The translations under genes were made by a program, and so were the position numbers. This document shows positions 1 through 9,445 of a stretch of 64,000 bases of DNA, in pieces. Origin of the DNA: Candidatus Latescibacterota bacterium (GTDB lineage: Bacteria > Latescibacterota > UBA2968 > UBA8231); contig CBDETK010000013.1 in the NCBI GenBank assembly GCA_965242865.1, forward strand, positions 5,536,001-5,600,000. The letters run 5' to 3'. The first letter of the stretch is position 1; every line of letters begins with the position of its first letter. The notes below the pieces were generated by a model. That model had not been told where the DNA came from. It ran no database searches and saw nothing but the letters and a program-made list of their open reading frames with translations.

Positions 1-1
1 A

Positions 2-2101
2 AAAGTTTACGAGAGAAAACCGGAAGCCGTATCGGCACTGGATCAGGCGTTGCGAAACCAGCGTTGGGACATTTTCACACGCATCCGCCAACATCTTTAC
101 GCATTGCATCTAAATGAACAGACTAAGCCTTGGATACGTGAGATGATCCTTGTTCACGAAGATTACGATAAATGGCGTCACCGCTTTGAGTTCCAGCGCA
201 TGATTCGCCTGTCGTGCGAAAAATTCGGCACTGATTTGCTCACTGAGATCGAAAAGGAGCGAATATTTGAGGCCATCCTTAGCGGCCCGTCGGAACAGAG
301 TTCTCGGGACCGGATGGGAGCTCGCTTTACCCAAGGATTATTTGAAGAATGGAAACGCTACTTTCACAGAATGCAACTAAATCCATTTGCTTCAGTACTC
401 TTCAGTAGGTACGACGAATACTTCAAAGAGCTAAATGCGGAAGCGGAAAAACCGATTACGGATGACGACTATGAACCTTATGGATTGGACTATGAATCTT
501 ATGGATTGGAAGGTGCAAAGAGAGTAGAGGAACGCAGTCCAAAGCCTGCTGAAGAACTAGAGAAAATGTCAGATGAGGAAATCCTTTCGTTCTTGAACGA
601 ATGGGAAAGCGTTGGTCACGATCCTGATGAGTGGTGGGTACACATCAATTTTGAAGGACTTGCCCAGACATTTCAGGCATTATTCAAAGAAAGTATAATA
701 TCAGATGAATCACGGCTACATTTTTGGCTCGAAAACTGGAACCAGTTAGCGAGACCTATCTATATTAAGGCGATAGTGTCTGCCATTCACGAGCAAGTAA
801 AACTCAAGCAATTTGACAATCTCGGTCAATGGTTTGATCTCTGCGAATGGGTATTGTCCCATCCCGACCAGCAGGAGGAAGAAGGGGACAATCGCAGCGA
901 TGTATCCAGAGAGCATCCAAGTTGGCAAAGTTCGCGTCAAGCGGTGGGGGATTTCGTCGGGATGTGCCTAGAGAAGGATATCAATGTCCCAATTTCAGGG
1001 CGTCAGCGTCTCGCCTCTCTGTTGGATAAGCTCTGCACCCAATACGACAGGCGACTGGATGAGAATGAGCCCGTTTTTCTGAATCGAGATGATCAACTAA
1101 CCGAAGCACTCAATAATACCCGAAGTATGGCACTGGAGCACTTGGTCAAATTCGGTTATTGGATACGCCGCCAGTTGGAGGATGATCAAGCAGCTACACC
1201 TGAAGTTTTTACCATCCTCGAAAAACGGCTCAATTCAAAATGCGAGTACGCGCTGATGCTGCCTGAATATGCTCTCCTTGGACTGAATTACGGTCGTATC
1301 TGTGGTTTGGATAGAGAGTGGGCGGTTCAGCATAAGAATGATCTTCTTCCGCAAGAGAAACTACCGGCATGGACGGAAGCCTTTGGGAATTTCCTCCGGT
1401 ATAATCGACCATACAAACAGATCTTTGATGTTGTCCGAGACGACATTGAGTTCGCGCTTGAGAACATTGATAAACTCAAAACGGATATTACAGATACTCT
1501 CGGCAAACGCTTGTTTACCTGCTATTTATGGAAATTTTATCCGCTCGCAGGAGACAGCAGCTTGCTGGAAAAATTTTATGAAAAGACCAAGGAAGACAAA
1601 GATCGCTGGTCTCGCTTGTTTAGTTATATAGGAGTTTCCTTGAAAAATAGCGACAACCAACTGGAAGCGAGCCTTAAACAGCGAATCATCGACTTCTTTA
1701 ACTGGCGCTTTGAGAAAAAGGAACCATCCGAACTTAAAGAGTTTACGTTTTGGCTGGAAGCAGAGTGCTTGGACGCCGAGTGGCGTCTGACTTCGTTATC
1801 GAAGATCCTCGATATAAGCGAATCAAAGGATAGAGAAATATACCCACAGATAAGTGTACTACGAGAGATGGTTGAGGATCATACTACCCTAGTCGTAGAG
1901 TGCTTTGCCAAATTGACTGATTTCGCTGTTGAGAATGACGGGAACTTTTATATTCCAACCGATAAAGCGAAACCTATCCTCCAAGCAGGACTAAACAGCG
2001 GCGATGACACGGTACGAGCGAATGCCGAACGAGCTCGCGATAACCTACTTCGATGCGGACGCTTTGATTTTTTGGACATGGAAGGAAAAGCAAATGAATA
2101 A
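2..2101 (+). CDS. Large helical hypothetical protein, C-terminal part only (frame open from the window start); possibly the C-terminus of a defence-associated SIR2/STAND-type protein
   Basis: Frame is open from base 2 (KVYERKPEAV...) through the 683-aa ORF; AT-richer; Trp/Leu-rich helical sequence; sits at the head of a TA/defence island. The family guess is weak. Confidence 0.6.
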   Translation, partial: KVYERKPEAVSALDQALRNQRWDIFTRIRQHLYALHLNEQTKPWIREMILVHEDYDKWRHRFEFQRMIRLSCEKFGTDLLTEIEKERIFEAILSGPSEQSSRDRMGARFTQGLFEEWKRYFHRMQLNPFASVLFSRYDEYFKELNAEAEKPITDDDYEPYGLDYESYGLEGAKRVEERSPKPAEELEKMSDEEILSFLNEWESVGHDPDEWWVHINFEGLAQTFQALFKESIISDESRLHFWLENWNQLARPIYIKAIVSAIHEQVKLKQFDNLGQWFDLCEWVLSHPDQQEEEGDNRSDVSREHPSWQSSRQAVGDFVGMCLEKDINVPISGRQRLASLLDKLCTQYDRRLDENEPVFLNRDDQLTEALNNTRSMALEHLVKFGYWIRRQLEDDQAATPEVFTILEKRLNSKCEYALMLPEYALLGLNYGRICGLDREWAVQHKNDLLPQEKLPAWTEAFGNFLRYNRPYKQIFDVVRDDIEFALENIDKLKTDITDTLGKRLFTCYLWKFYPLAGDSSLLEKFYEKTKEDKDRWSRLFSYIGVSLKNSDNQLEASLKQRIIDFFNWRFEKKEPSELKEFTFWLEAECLDAEWRLTSLSKILDISESKDREIYPQISVLREMVEDHTTLVVECFAKLTDFAVENDGNFYIPTDKAKPILQAGLNSGDDTVRANAERARDNLLRCGRFDFLDMEGKANE
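467..508 (+). repeat. 21-bp in-frame tandem duplication (DYEPYGL/DYESYGL)
   Basis: gactatgaaccttatggattg followed by gactatgaatcttatggattg. Confidence 0.85.
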
Positions 2102-2336
2102 CCGCAAAGAGACCATTATGCGGTACAAAATCGCCCTTCATCAATCTGACGAAGGCTACAGTGTATCGATCCCCGGCTTTCCGGGTTGTTGGTCCGAGGG
2201 AAGAACAAAAGAAGAAGCCCTCGTTAATATCGAAGCCGCCATTCGAGAATATCTCAGCGTCGTAGAAGACCTTTTGCAGGATGCCGAAGTCCGAGAAATC
2301 GAATCACGCGATTCCAGATTCCAGTTTGACCTCTAG
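2094..2336 (+). CDS. hicB: HicB-family antitoxin, copy 1, with an altered C-terminus (no hicA follows)
   Basis: YKIALHQSDEGYSVSIPGFPGCWSEGRTKEEAL..AIREYL motif; near-identical to 4748..4957, then diverges at a deletion junction (2303). Confidence 0.8.
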   Translation: MNNRKETIMRYKIALHQSDEGYSVSIPGFPGCWSEGRTKEEALVNIEAAIREYLSVVEDLLQDAEVREIESRDSRFQFDL

Positions 2337-2354
2337 TCGGGAATATACTATACT
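2326..2354 (+). promoter_or_regulatory. Sigma70-type promoter TTGACC-N17-TATACT upstream of the DUF5131-TcmP gene
   Basis: ttgacc 2326-2331, 17-bp spacer, tatact 2349-2354. Confidence 0.75.
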
Positions 2355-2452
2355 TGTGTTCAGTTATCCGTTGCGAACCAGATGGATGCTACTCAGCTTG
2401 TGCATAACATCCGTTCGTCAGTAAATGCAGAATGGACACGGGAGCCGTCGGC

Positions 2453-4132
2453 ATGTCTCGCAAAAGCACCATTGAATGGACCAACAGCACTTGGAACCCG
2501 GTCACTGGTTGCACAAAGGTGAGTGCGGGATGTGACCATTGCTATGCCGAACGCCTTTCCGAGCGCTTTCGCGGCGTCAAGGGCCATCCTTTTGAGACCG
2601 GCTTTGATCTCACCCTTCGGCCCGAGCGTCTCGAGCAACCCCTGCGCTGGCGGCGTCCACAACTCATCTTCGTCAATTCGATGAGCGATCTTTTTCACAA
2701 GAACATTCCCACCGAGTACATCGCCCGCGTATTCGACACGATGGAACGCGCCGATTGGCACATCTATCAGGTGCTCACCAAGCGCAGTTCGCTGATGCGC
2801 GATTTCGTCTATCAGCACTACCGGGGACGAGCCGCGCCCCCGCATATCTGGCTCGGTGTCTCCATTGAAAACGCCGCGGCCATGACGCGCCTGCGGCACT
2901 TGAAACAGACCAATGCCTCTGTGCGCTTCGTCTCGTTCGAGCCGCTGCTCGGCCCCCTCGGCGCGGTGAATTTGGAGGGCATTCACTGGATCATCGCCGG
3001 GGGCGAGAGTGGGCCGGGTGTGCGCCCGATGCGAATAGAGTGGGTGCGATCCTTGCGCGACCAGTGCCAAGCCCAGCGCGTCGCCTTCTTCTTCAAGCAA
3101 TGGGGCGGGCGCACCCCCAAAACGGGCGGCAACACGCTCGACGGACGCCAATGGCTGGAATACCCGCGAGTGGAATCTGAACAGCAATTTGGCATGCCGT
3201 TACAAGTGGCTGGTGCGCCGACAGACGATGGGAACGATCTGCCCGACGTTGGCCCTTGGGCGCGGGAGAAACTAACGTGTCTCCGCAAATATCTCCACGC
3301 CTATACCACCATTCTCAGTAAGCAGCGGATATTCAAAGGATACTTCTACATTGACGCCTTTGCTGGACCGGGAACGCTTAAAATTCGCCAGCAGCAAACG
3401 GACGATCCCAGTCAGAAGTTATTACTTGAGGTCTCTAATCATATTATGCAAGATGCAGGTAAGGCCGAGTACATTAGCGGCTCTCCGCGTGTCGCGCTTG
3501 AATTAGAAAAACCCTTTACGGACTACGTATTCATTGAAATTGACGAACAGCGTCTAGATCGACTCAACGCTCTAAAGAATCAATACAAGGGTTCAAATAG
3601 ACGAATTCACCTCCGCAAGGAAGACTGCAATGACTATCTGCACAGATTACTAGATCGAAATCAGACTTATTGGAAGCAATGGCGCGGTGTGATCTTTCTC
3701 GATCCCTTTGGCATGCAGGTCCCGTGGGAAACCATTGCCGCAATAGGCAAGACCAAGGCCATTGAGATTTTCATAAACTTTCCCGTGGGCATGGCCATTC
3801 AACGTTTGCTCAAGAAAAGTGGGCAGTTCACGACGAAAGAACGCAACAAGCTCGACCAATACTTCGGAACCAGTGAATGGTACGATCTGCTCTATCAAAA
3901 CAAACAGAGCTTGTTTGGAGAAAACATCACCAAGATACAAAGTTCCGGCGATATTCTCGTGCGGTGGTATCGCAAACGGCTCAAGAGTGTTTTTCCCTAT
4001 GTTTCCGCCGCAAGAGAAATTCAAAGCACCAATAATCGTCCTCTATACTACCTCATTTTTGCAGGACCAAATAAAGCAGGTGCAAAAATCGCGAATGATG
4101 TGTTGCAACAGGGCGCGAGGCGTATTCAATAG
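2453..4132 (+). CDS. Fusion of DUF5131 (phage Gp37/Gp68, three-Cys radical-SAM-like) with three-Cys-motif partner TcmP (SAM-methyltransferase-like)
   Basis: N-half: TIEWT..TWNPVTGCTKVSAGCDHCYAE, IFVNSMSDLFH, LTKR, SFEPLLG, GGESG, FFKQWGG. C-half: VGPWAREKL..YL.AY, YIDAFAGPG, GSP, FLDPFG, YYLIFA. Single uninterrupted frame. Confidence 0.85.
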   Translation: MSRKSTIEWTNSTWNPVTGCTKVSAGCDHCYAERLSERFRGVKGHPFETGFDLTLRPERLEQPLRWRRPQLIFVNSMSDLFHKNIPTEYIARVFDTMERADWHIYQVLTKRSSLMRDFVYQHYRGRAAPPHIWLGVSIENAAAMTRLRHLKQTNASVRFVSFEPLLGPLGAVNLEGIHWIIAGGESGPGVRPMRIEWVRSLRDQCQAQRVAFFFKQWGGRTPKTGGNTLDGRQWLEYPRVESEQQFGMPLQVAGAPTDDGNDLPDVGPWAREKLTCLRKYLHAYTTILSKQRIFKGYFYIDAFAGPGTLKIRQQQTDDPSQKLLLEVSNHIMQDAGKAEYISGSPRVALELEKPFTDYVFIEIDEQRLDRLNALKNQYKGSNRRIHLRKEDCNDYLHRLLDRNQTYWKQWRGVIFLDPFGMQVPWETIAAIGKTKAIEIFINFPVGMAIQRLLKKSGQFTTKERNKLDQYFGTSEWYDLLYQNKQSLFGENITKIQSSGDILVRWYRKRLKSVFPYVSAAREIQSTNNRPLYYLIFAGPNKAGAKIANDVLQQGARRIQ

Positions 4133-4279
4133 AATCGAGCGCGGCACCGAGTTGCTTTTATCGACAGTTCACGACACGGAGAAAACCCTGCTTGAGTTTG
4201 GCGCGTGGTTGTCGAGCCCGACCCAGACGACGAGACCCTTGTCATTGTAACCGCATATCCGAAAGAGGTGTTCCCATGA
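4133..4279 (+). pseudogene. Remnant of a DUF4258-like toxin
   Basis: Frame VWRVVVEPDPDDETLVIVTAYPKEVFP* is preceded by an in-frame TGA; its stop overlaps the DUF2283 ATG (ATGA). Confidence 0.55.
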
Positions 4280-4545
4280 AATCCATATCCTTGCAGATCA
4301 CCTATCGAAAGGGCAAGCCCTTCGCGGCTTATATTTACCTCGCTTCCAAGCATAGACAGAAAAGTGTACGCACGAAGCAGGTGACACAAGACCTCCTCAT
4401 TGACTACGCCGAGAATGGTGCGCCTATCGGGATTGAAATCCTTTCACCCGGAGACGTGCATGTAGATGAAATCCAGCGCGTTTTTGAACTTCTAGGTCTC
4501 GATAAACCGGCATCAGCGGAGTTAGAGCCACTCAGAGCGGCCTAA
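4276..4545 (+). CDS. DUF2283 family protein (putative antitoxin)
   Basis: AAYIYL...TKQVTQDLLIDYAENGAPIGIEIL motif. Confidence 0.75.
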   Translation: MKSISLQITYRKGKPFAAYIYLASKHRQKSVRTKQVTQDLLIDYAENGAPIGIEILSPGDVHVDEIQRVFELLGLDKPASAELEPLRAA

Positions 4546-4747
4546 CTGTTCTTCTCATCTCTGTGGTGGTTGTGCGATGCTCATGCAAAGACGGATGGAG
4601 GGGTAAACCATCTGTTTTGGCTACTACTGAATCACACCTTATGGAAGAAACAGCAGAGAAAGCGAACCGTGGGTGAGGTTTGGGGTCTTGTAAACAACGA
4701 CGACATCCGCTCGTCACTTATCGGCGACGCACGAAAAGGAAAGACAA

Positions 4748-4969
4748 ATGAATAACCGCAAAGAGACCATTATGAGGTATAAAATCGCCCTTCATCAATC
4801 TGACGAAGGCTACAGTGTGTCGATCCCCGGCTTTCCGGGTTGTTGGTCCGAGGGAAGAACAGAAGAAGAAGCCCTCGTTAATATCGAAGCCGCCATTCGA
4901 GAATATCTCAGCGTCGTAGAAGACCTTTTGCAGGATGCCGAAGTCCGAGAAATCGAACTGGCTGTATAA
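4748..4969 (+). CDS. hicB: HicB-family antitoxin, copy 2 (intact)
   Basis: HicB motif, 73 aa, directly upstream of hicA. Confidence 0.85.
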   Translation: MNNRKETIMRYKIALHQSDEGYSVSIPGFPGCWSEGRTEEEALVNIEAAIREYLSVVEDLLQDAEVREIELAV

Positions 4970-4971
4970 AC

Positions 4972-5184
4972 ATGCCCAAGATTCCGGGTATCAACCATCT
5001 TAATGCGGTGCGAGCTTTGGAAAGAGCAGGTTTTCGCATTGCACGTCAGGGCAAGCACATCGTCATGACCGATGGAGTGCGTATTCTGACTGTTCCAAGA
5101 AACAATCCTGTTAATGCCTTTACTATGGGGGGTATTGTAAGGGACGCAGGATTAACCGTTGAAGAATTTCGTGCCCTTTTGTGA
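4972..5184 (+). CDS. hicA: HicA-family mRNA interferase toxin
   Basis: VRALERAGF...RQGKHIVM...LTVP...IVRDAGLTVEEF. Confidence 0.9.
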   Translation: MPKIPGINHLNAVRALERAGFRIARQGKHIVMTDGVRILTVPRNNPVNAFTMGGIVRDAGLTVEEFRALL

Positions 5185-5294
5185 TGGATGGCTTCGACCC
5201 GGTATTTATAACACTATTTCAACGATATTTCGATCATCCAAAAACGCAACGGGTTCTGCTTCTCTGCCGTTTTCCCACATCACGCGATTCCAGC

Positions 5295-5323
5295 TTGACC
5301 TCTGGTCGGGAATATACTATACT
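5295..5323 (+). promoter_or_regulatory. Second copy of the TTGACC-N17-TATACT promoter, now upstream of the AAA ATPase
   Basis: Duplicate of 2326-2354. Confidence 0.7.
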
Positions 5324-5482
5324 TATGTTCAGTTATCCGTTGCGAACCAGATGGATATCAGCGGAGTTAGAGCCACTCAGAGCGTCCTAACTGTTCTTCT
5401 TACTTTATTCCCTTGATACGGTAACGGTTGTACGTTAGTGTAAAATAATCTGGAGAATCCTAATAAGCGAGGATCCAAAGCC

Positions 5483-6526
5483 ATGTTGAAACGTTTGCAG
5501 ATACAGAATTTCCGCGGCTTCAACGCGCTCGAAATCAACCCATTGAGCGGCATTAACCTCATTGCTGGCAAAAATAATTCCGGCAAGACCAGCTTACTCG
5601 AAGCAATTTTTCTGCTCGCTGGCGGCGGAAACGCACAACTGGCCGTAAATGCTAATGTTATCCGCGGAAGAGAAAAAGATAGAGCTTCGGTGAGAGATTT
5701 CTTCTGGAAGCAGATCTTCTTCAATCTTGACATGGAACAGTCCATTAAAATTGAAGGGGAACATAAGTCGCATGGTCGATTCGCCTTGGAAATCGTATCG
5801 GAGCAGCAGCCCACCACTGAAATTACTCTTGATAGTACGGACGGAGTTTCGGCAACGAATCTTTTTGACGAACGTGCGCTCATATTCCAGTATAGCGATC
5901 CTTCTGATCAAAAAATTAAAAACCATATACGTATTAAGGGGCAAGATCTTGAGATCCAGCAGCCTGCTACAAACGTTCCATTCCCTGCGGTAATTCTCTT
6001 GTCTCGGACTAGAAACCCCCAAGAATATGCGACGCGACTTGGACTATTGAGAAGACAAAAACAGGGTGATCTCCTCTTAAAAGCACTCCAGGTCGTCGAG
6101 CCGAAGCTACAGAGCATCGAAGACAATTCCTCCAGCGGCACACCCATGATCTGGGGAGATATCGGGTTGTCCGAACTCGTGCCACTGCCAGCAATGGGCG
6201 AAGGCATGACCCAGCTAGCCCGGCTGGTTTTGGCCATAGCTACCGTACCGAACGGCGTCGTTTTGGTAGATGAGGTTGAAAACGGCATTCACCACTCAGT
6301 GCTACCCGATGTCTGGCGAGCCATTGACGAAGCGGCCAAGCAGTTCCACACGCAGATATTTGCGACCACGCACAGTTTTGAGTGCATAGAAGCAGCGCAT
6401 CAAGCACTGGGTCCTGACGGCTTTCTCCTACACCGGCTTGAAGCCCGCGACGCGGAAAATCGCTGCGTTACCTTTAAGCCAAATGGAATCAGTGCCGCGC
6501 TTCGACACGGGTTTGAGGTGCGCTAG
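5483..6526 (+). CDS. AAA_15/AAA_21-type ABC-like ATPase (defence-associated)
   Basis: IQNFRGF, Walker A GKNNSGKT, MGEG signature, Walker B VLVDEVENGIH, ATTHS, C-terminal FEVR. Confidence 0.85.
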   Translation: MLKRLQIQNFRGFNALEINPLSGINLIAGKNNSGKTSLLEAIFLLAGGGNAQLAVNANVIRGREKDRASVRDFFWKQIFFNLDMEQSIKIEGEHKSHGRFALEIVSEQQPTTEITLDSTDGVSATNLFDERALIFQYSDPSDQKIKNHIRIKGQDLEIQQPATNVPFPAVILLSRTRNPQEYATRLGLLRRQKQGDLLLKALQVVEPKLQSIEDNSSSGTPMIWGDIGLSELVPLPAMGEGMTQLARLVLAIATVPNGVVLVDEVENGIHHSVLPDVWRAIDEAAKQFHTQIFATTHSFECIEAAHQALGPDGFLLHRLEARDAENRCVTFKPNGISAALRHGFEVR

Positions 6527-6528
6527 AT

Positions 6529-6701
6529 ATGCGGCAACAAGCAGCAATCAAATCGGCAATCCAGCTCCTCGTTGAGGGCAATGATCAGCGCAATTTTCCG
6601 TCGGTGTGGCGGCAAAGAATGACTACTGGGATTTGGACCACAGCGTCTTCAGCACGGTCCGCGATTTTTTACAAATGATAGATCCAACCGACTCAAAGTA
6701 A
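6529..6701 (+). pseudogene. Internally deleted DUF3226 (TOPRIM-like) partner gene
   Basis: N-terminus IQLLVEGNDQRNF is joined out of frame at ~6597 to C-terminus SVGVAAKNDYWDLDHSVFSTVRDFLQMI. Confidence 0.7.
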
Positions 6702-6766
6702 GTGTCGCGTACGTAGCTTCCTACCAGTAACGTAGCGCGTCCGCAAAATGCCGAGGTTTTAGACTG

Positions 6767-8431
6767 ATGAAGAGAATACGTGGAATAGTGCGCTCAAGCG
6801 TGTGCCTCTTAGGGCTCGCGCTTCCCAGTGCCGCCCAAGACGAGCTAGTGCTCGCCCAGATACAAAACCGACCCATCGCGGTCGGGGAGTTCAAAAATTA
6901 TGCCGCGCGGATTCCCCCAGCCTACCGGATGGGCAAGACCGGCATGGAGGCCGACCGGATTCTACTCAATGGCCTGATCGACAAAAAGCTCCTGCTCGCC
7001 GAAGCGGAACGAGTTGGCATTGGGGACGAACCGGAATTTAAGCGCAAGGTCGCGCAATTTGCCCAAGACCAAGCCGTCCGGCTCTACCGAAGCATTGAGA
7101 TCGACCAACGGATTTCCATTGCCGAAGAGGAGCTGATGCAGCACTACCGGGATTCGCACCGCGATAGAGCGCTGCGCTACGCGGGTATCTTGGTTGCGAC
7201 TCGAGACGAAGCGGTCGAGCTGCTCGACGCGCTAGCGACGGGAGCTGATTTCCGCCAACTGGCCCGGCAACACTCGCTCTACGAGGCGACGCGGGACCAA
7301 GGCGGGGATGTGGGAAAGTATTATGCGATTGACGACACGGCGCCACCGCTCCGAAGCATTTTTTCCCTGCCGGTCGGCGAGGTTTCCGAACCGCTGCCGT
7401 GGGGGGGCGACCCGCCGCGCTACGTGATCGTCAAGGTTTTAGACGAGGCCCCGGTCGCCTTTCGCGAGGTCGCTCCGTTTGTCCGCGAGGAGGTGTTCGC
7501 GCAAAAGCGCGCCCAGCGCGCCCAAGCTCTGCGCGACTCGCTCCGCGCCCAGTACGCGCCGCAAATTCACTACGACAAGATAGACCGGCTGCTGCTGCGT
7601 CTAGCGCGGTCGTCGGCAGAGCGGGCGACAACACCCGCAGAGGGCGCAGAGGTGTTGTGCCGCTACAATGGCGGGGCGCTCACCATGGACGATTTCGTCC
7701 TGCTCGTACCGGAGAAAGAAGAAGGGTATTCGCGCGATTACGAGCGCGACTGGATCGTCGATTACCTGCGGGATGCGGCCATCCCCAATCGGATGTTTTT
7801 TGAAGAGGCCCGCGCCAAGGGGCTAGACCAACATCAAGTGATCCGCACGGCCGTGGCCAATAAGCGCAGCGATATGCTGGTGAGCACCTTGCGAAAGCGA
7901 GCGGTGGAGGATCGGCTGCCGCCGGTCACCGAGGCCGAGGCGCGCGCCTTTTACGATCAAAACCCCGAGAAGTTTCAGGGCTTTGAGACCTTAGTCACCA
8001 CCGAGATTCTGGTCGCCTTTAAGGAGCAGGCCCACAGTCTGAAAGAGGAATTGTTGGCCGGGGCCGATGCCGTGCAACTGGCTAGGGACTATACGATTCG
8101 CCAAGACCGAGCACACCACGAGGGGCGGTTGGTCTTGAGTCCGGTCGGGCTATACCAAGAGCTCTACAAAGTGGCCAAAAATTTGCAGGTGGGGGATGTG
8201 GGGGGGCCGGTAAAGGTGCGAGAAGGCTATTCGGTGTTTAAGGTGGTGGAGAAGCAACCGGCCCCCAAGAAGCCTTATCACGTTTTTTCGCAGCGCCGGG
8301 CGCGGGCTTACGTGAAAATTGCCCGTTCACAAGAGGCGTACGTGCAGTACATGCGCGGGTTGCACGAGCAGTATGCGGTCGAGATTTTCGAGGATACCTT
8401 GCTGAAAATTCAGGACGCGACGGGGGAATGA
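6767..8431 (+). CDS. PpiC/SurA-type peptidyl-prolyl isomerase (two rotamase domains), secreted
   Basis: Signal peptide; GADFRQLARQHS..QGGDVG; GDVGGPVKVREGYSVFKV. Confidence 0.8.
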   Translation: MKRIRGIVRSSVCLLGLALPSAAQDELVLAQIQNRPIAVGEFKNYAARIPPAYRMGKTGMEADRILLNGLIDKKLLLAEAERVGIGDEPEFKRKVAQFAQDQAVRLYRSIEIDQRISIAEEELMQHYRDSHRDRALRYAGILVATRDEAVELLDALATGADFRQLARQHSLYEATRDQGGDVGKYYAIDDTAPPLRSIFSLPVGEVSEPLPWGGDPPRYVIVKVLDEAPVAFREVAPFVREEVFAQKRAQRAQALRDSLRAQYAPQIHYDKIDRLLLRLARSSAERATTPAEGAEVLCRYNGGALTMDDFVLLVPEKEEGYSRDYERDWIVDYLRDAAIPNRMFFEEARAKGLDQHQVIRTAVANKRSDMLVSTLRKRAVEDRLPPVTEAEARAFYDQNPEKFQGFETLVTTEILVAFKEQAHSLKEELLAGADAVQLARDYTIRQDRAHHEGRLVLSPVGLYQELYKVAKNLQVGDVGGPVKVREGYSVFKVVEKQPAPKKPYHVFSQRRARAYVKIARSQEAYVQYMRGLHEQYAVEIFEDTLLKIQDATGE

Positions 8432-9445
8432 ATGGCTCGTTGGCGATTGGTTGGCGCGTCGGCCTTGAGCGTCGCCCTTTGGGGCGGCTGTCAGGAGGGC
8501 GGTGGAGTTGGGTCGGCTGAGGCGATAGCGATTGGGTCGCAGGAGGAGTTAGACGCTTGGGCAGGGACGCAGCCGGAAGCCTTTGTGGTGCAGGGGGATT
8601 TATTGCTAGAGGATGCGTATTTGAGCAGCGTGGCGTCGCTGCACAAGCTGGTCGGCATAGAGGGCGATTTCGCCATTCGGAACAATGGAACCCTGATCGA
8701 CCTGCAGGGGCTGGACAATCTCGGCTATGTAGAAGGAGATTTCCGCATTCTCGCCAACGGCTTGGTCGCACTAAAGGGGCTGGAGCGGCTAGCGCGCGTG
8801 GAGGGAAATTTCGAGATTAGTTGCAATTTTTTGCTGCGCGATCTAGCCGGGCTAACAGCACTCCGGCGCGTCGGCGGCCATCTGTTTGTCGATGCCACGA
8901 CCGAGCTGCTTCACCTAGAGGGGTTGAGCGGGCTGACCCACGTGGGAGGCAGCATCAAGATCAGGGATAACAAGGCCCTGCGCGATTTAGAGGGGTTGGG
9001 CAGCCTCTCAGCGGTTGAGGGGGATTTGCTGCTCATATTCAATGGCGCGCTCAAAGACCTGCGGGGTTTGAATGGGATTGCGGCGATTAAGGGCGGCTTG
9101 ACTGTGGACGGACATCCCGCCCTCGAGCGTTTGGAGGGGTTGAATGCACTGGCCGAGGTCGGGGGTGCTTTGAGCATCAACCGCAACCAAGCCCTGCAAA
9201 ACCTCGATGGACTGGACAATCTCAAGCAAGTCGGCAAAAGCCTCTACATTGGCGGCAACCCGCTCTTGAGCAACTTGGACGGGCTGGCCAAGCTGGGCCG
9301 AATCGGCGCCGGTGAGCGAGACTTGATGATTGTGGAGCGGAACCCTTCGCTGCCCATGCGCGCTGGGTACGCGCTCGCCGCGCAACTCGGATTGGCCGAG
9401 CATCAGTTCATCGTCTTTGACAATTTGGCGGCCCGTGCGCCGTAA
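8432..9445 (+). CDS. Receptor L-domain/LRR-like lipoprotein
   Basis: Lipobox-like LWGGC; repeated L.GL..L..V.G.L.I..N units. Confidence 0.8.
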   Translation: MARWRLVGASALSVALWGGCQEGGGVGSAEAIAIGSQEELDAWAGTQPEAFVVQGDLLLEDAYLSSVASLHKLVGIEGDFAIRNNGTLIDLQGLDNLGYVEGDFRILANGLVALKGLERLARVEGNFEISCNFLLRDLAGLTALRRVGGHLFVDATTELLHLEGLSGLTHVGGSIKIRDNKALRDLEGLGSLSAVEGDLLLIFNGALKDLRGLNGIAAIKGGLTVDGHPALERLEGLNALAEVGGALSINRNQALQNLDGLDNLKQVGKSLYIGGNPLLSNLDGLAKLGRIGAGERDLMIVERNPSLPMRAGYALAAQLGLAEHQFIVFDNLAARAP

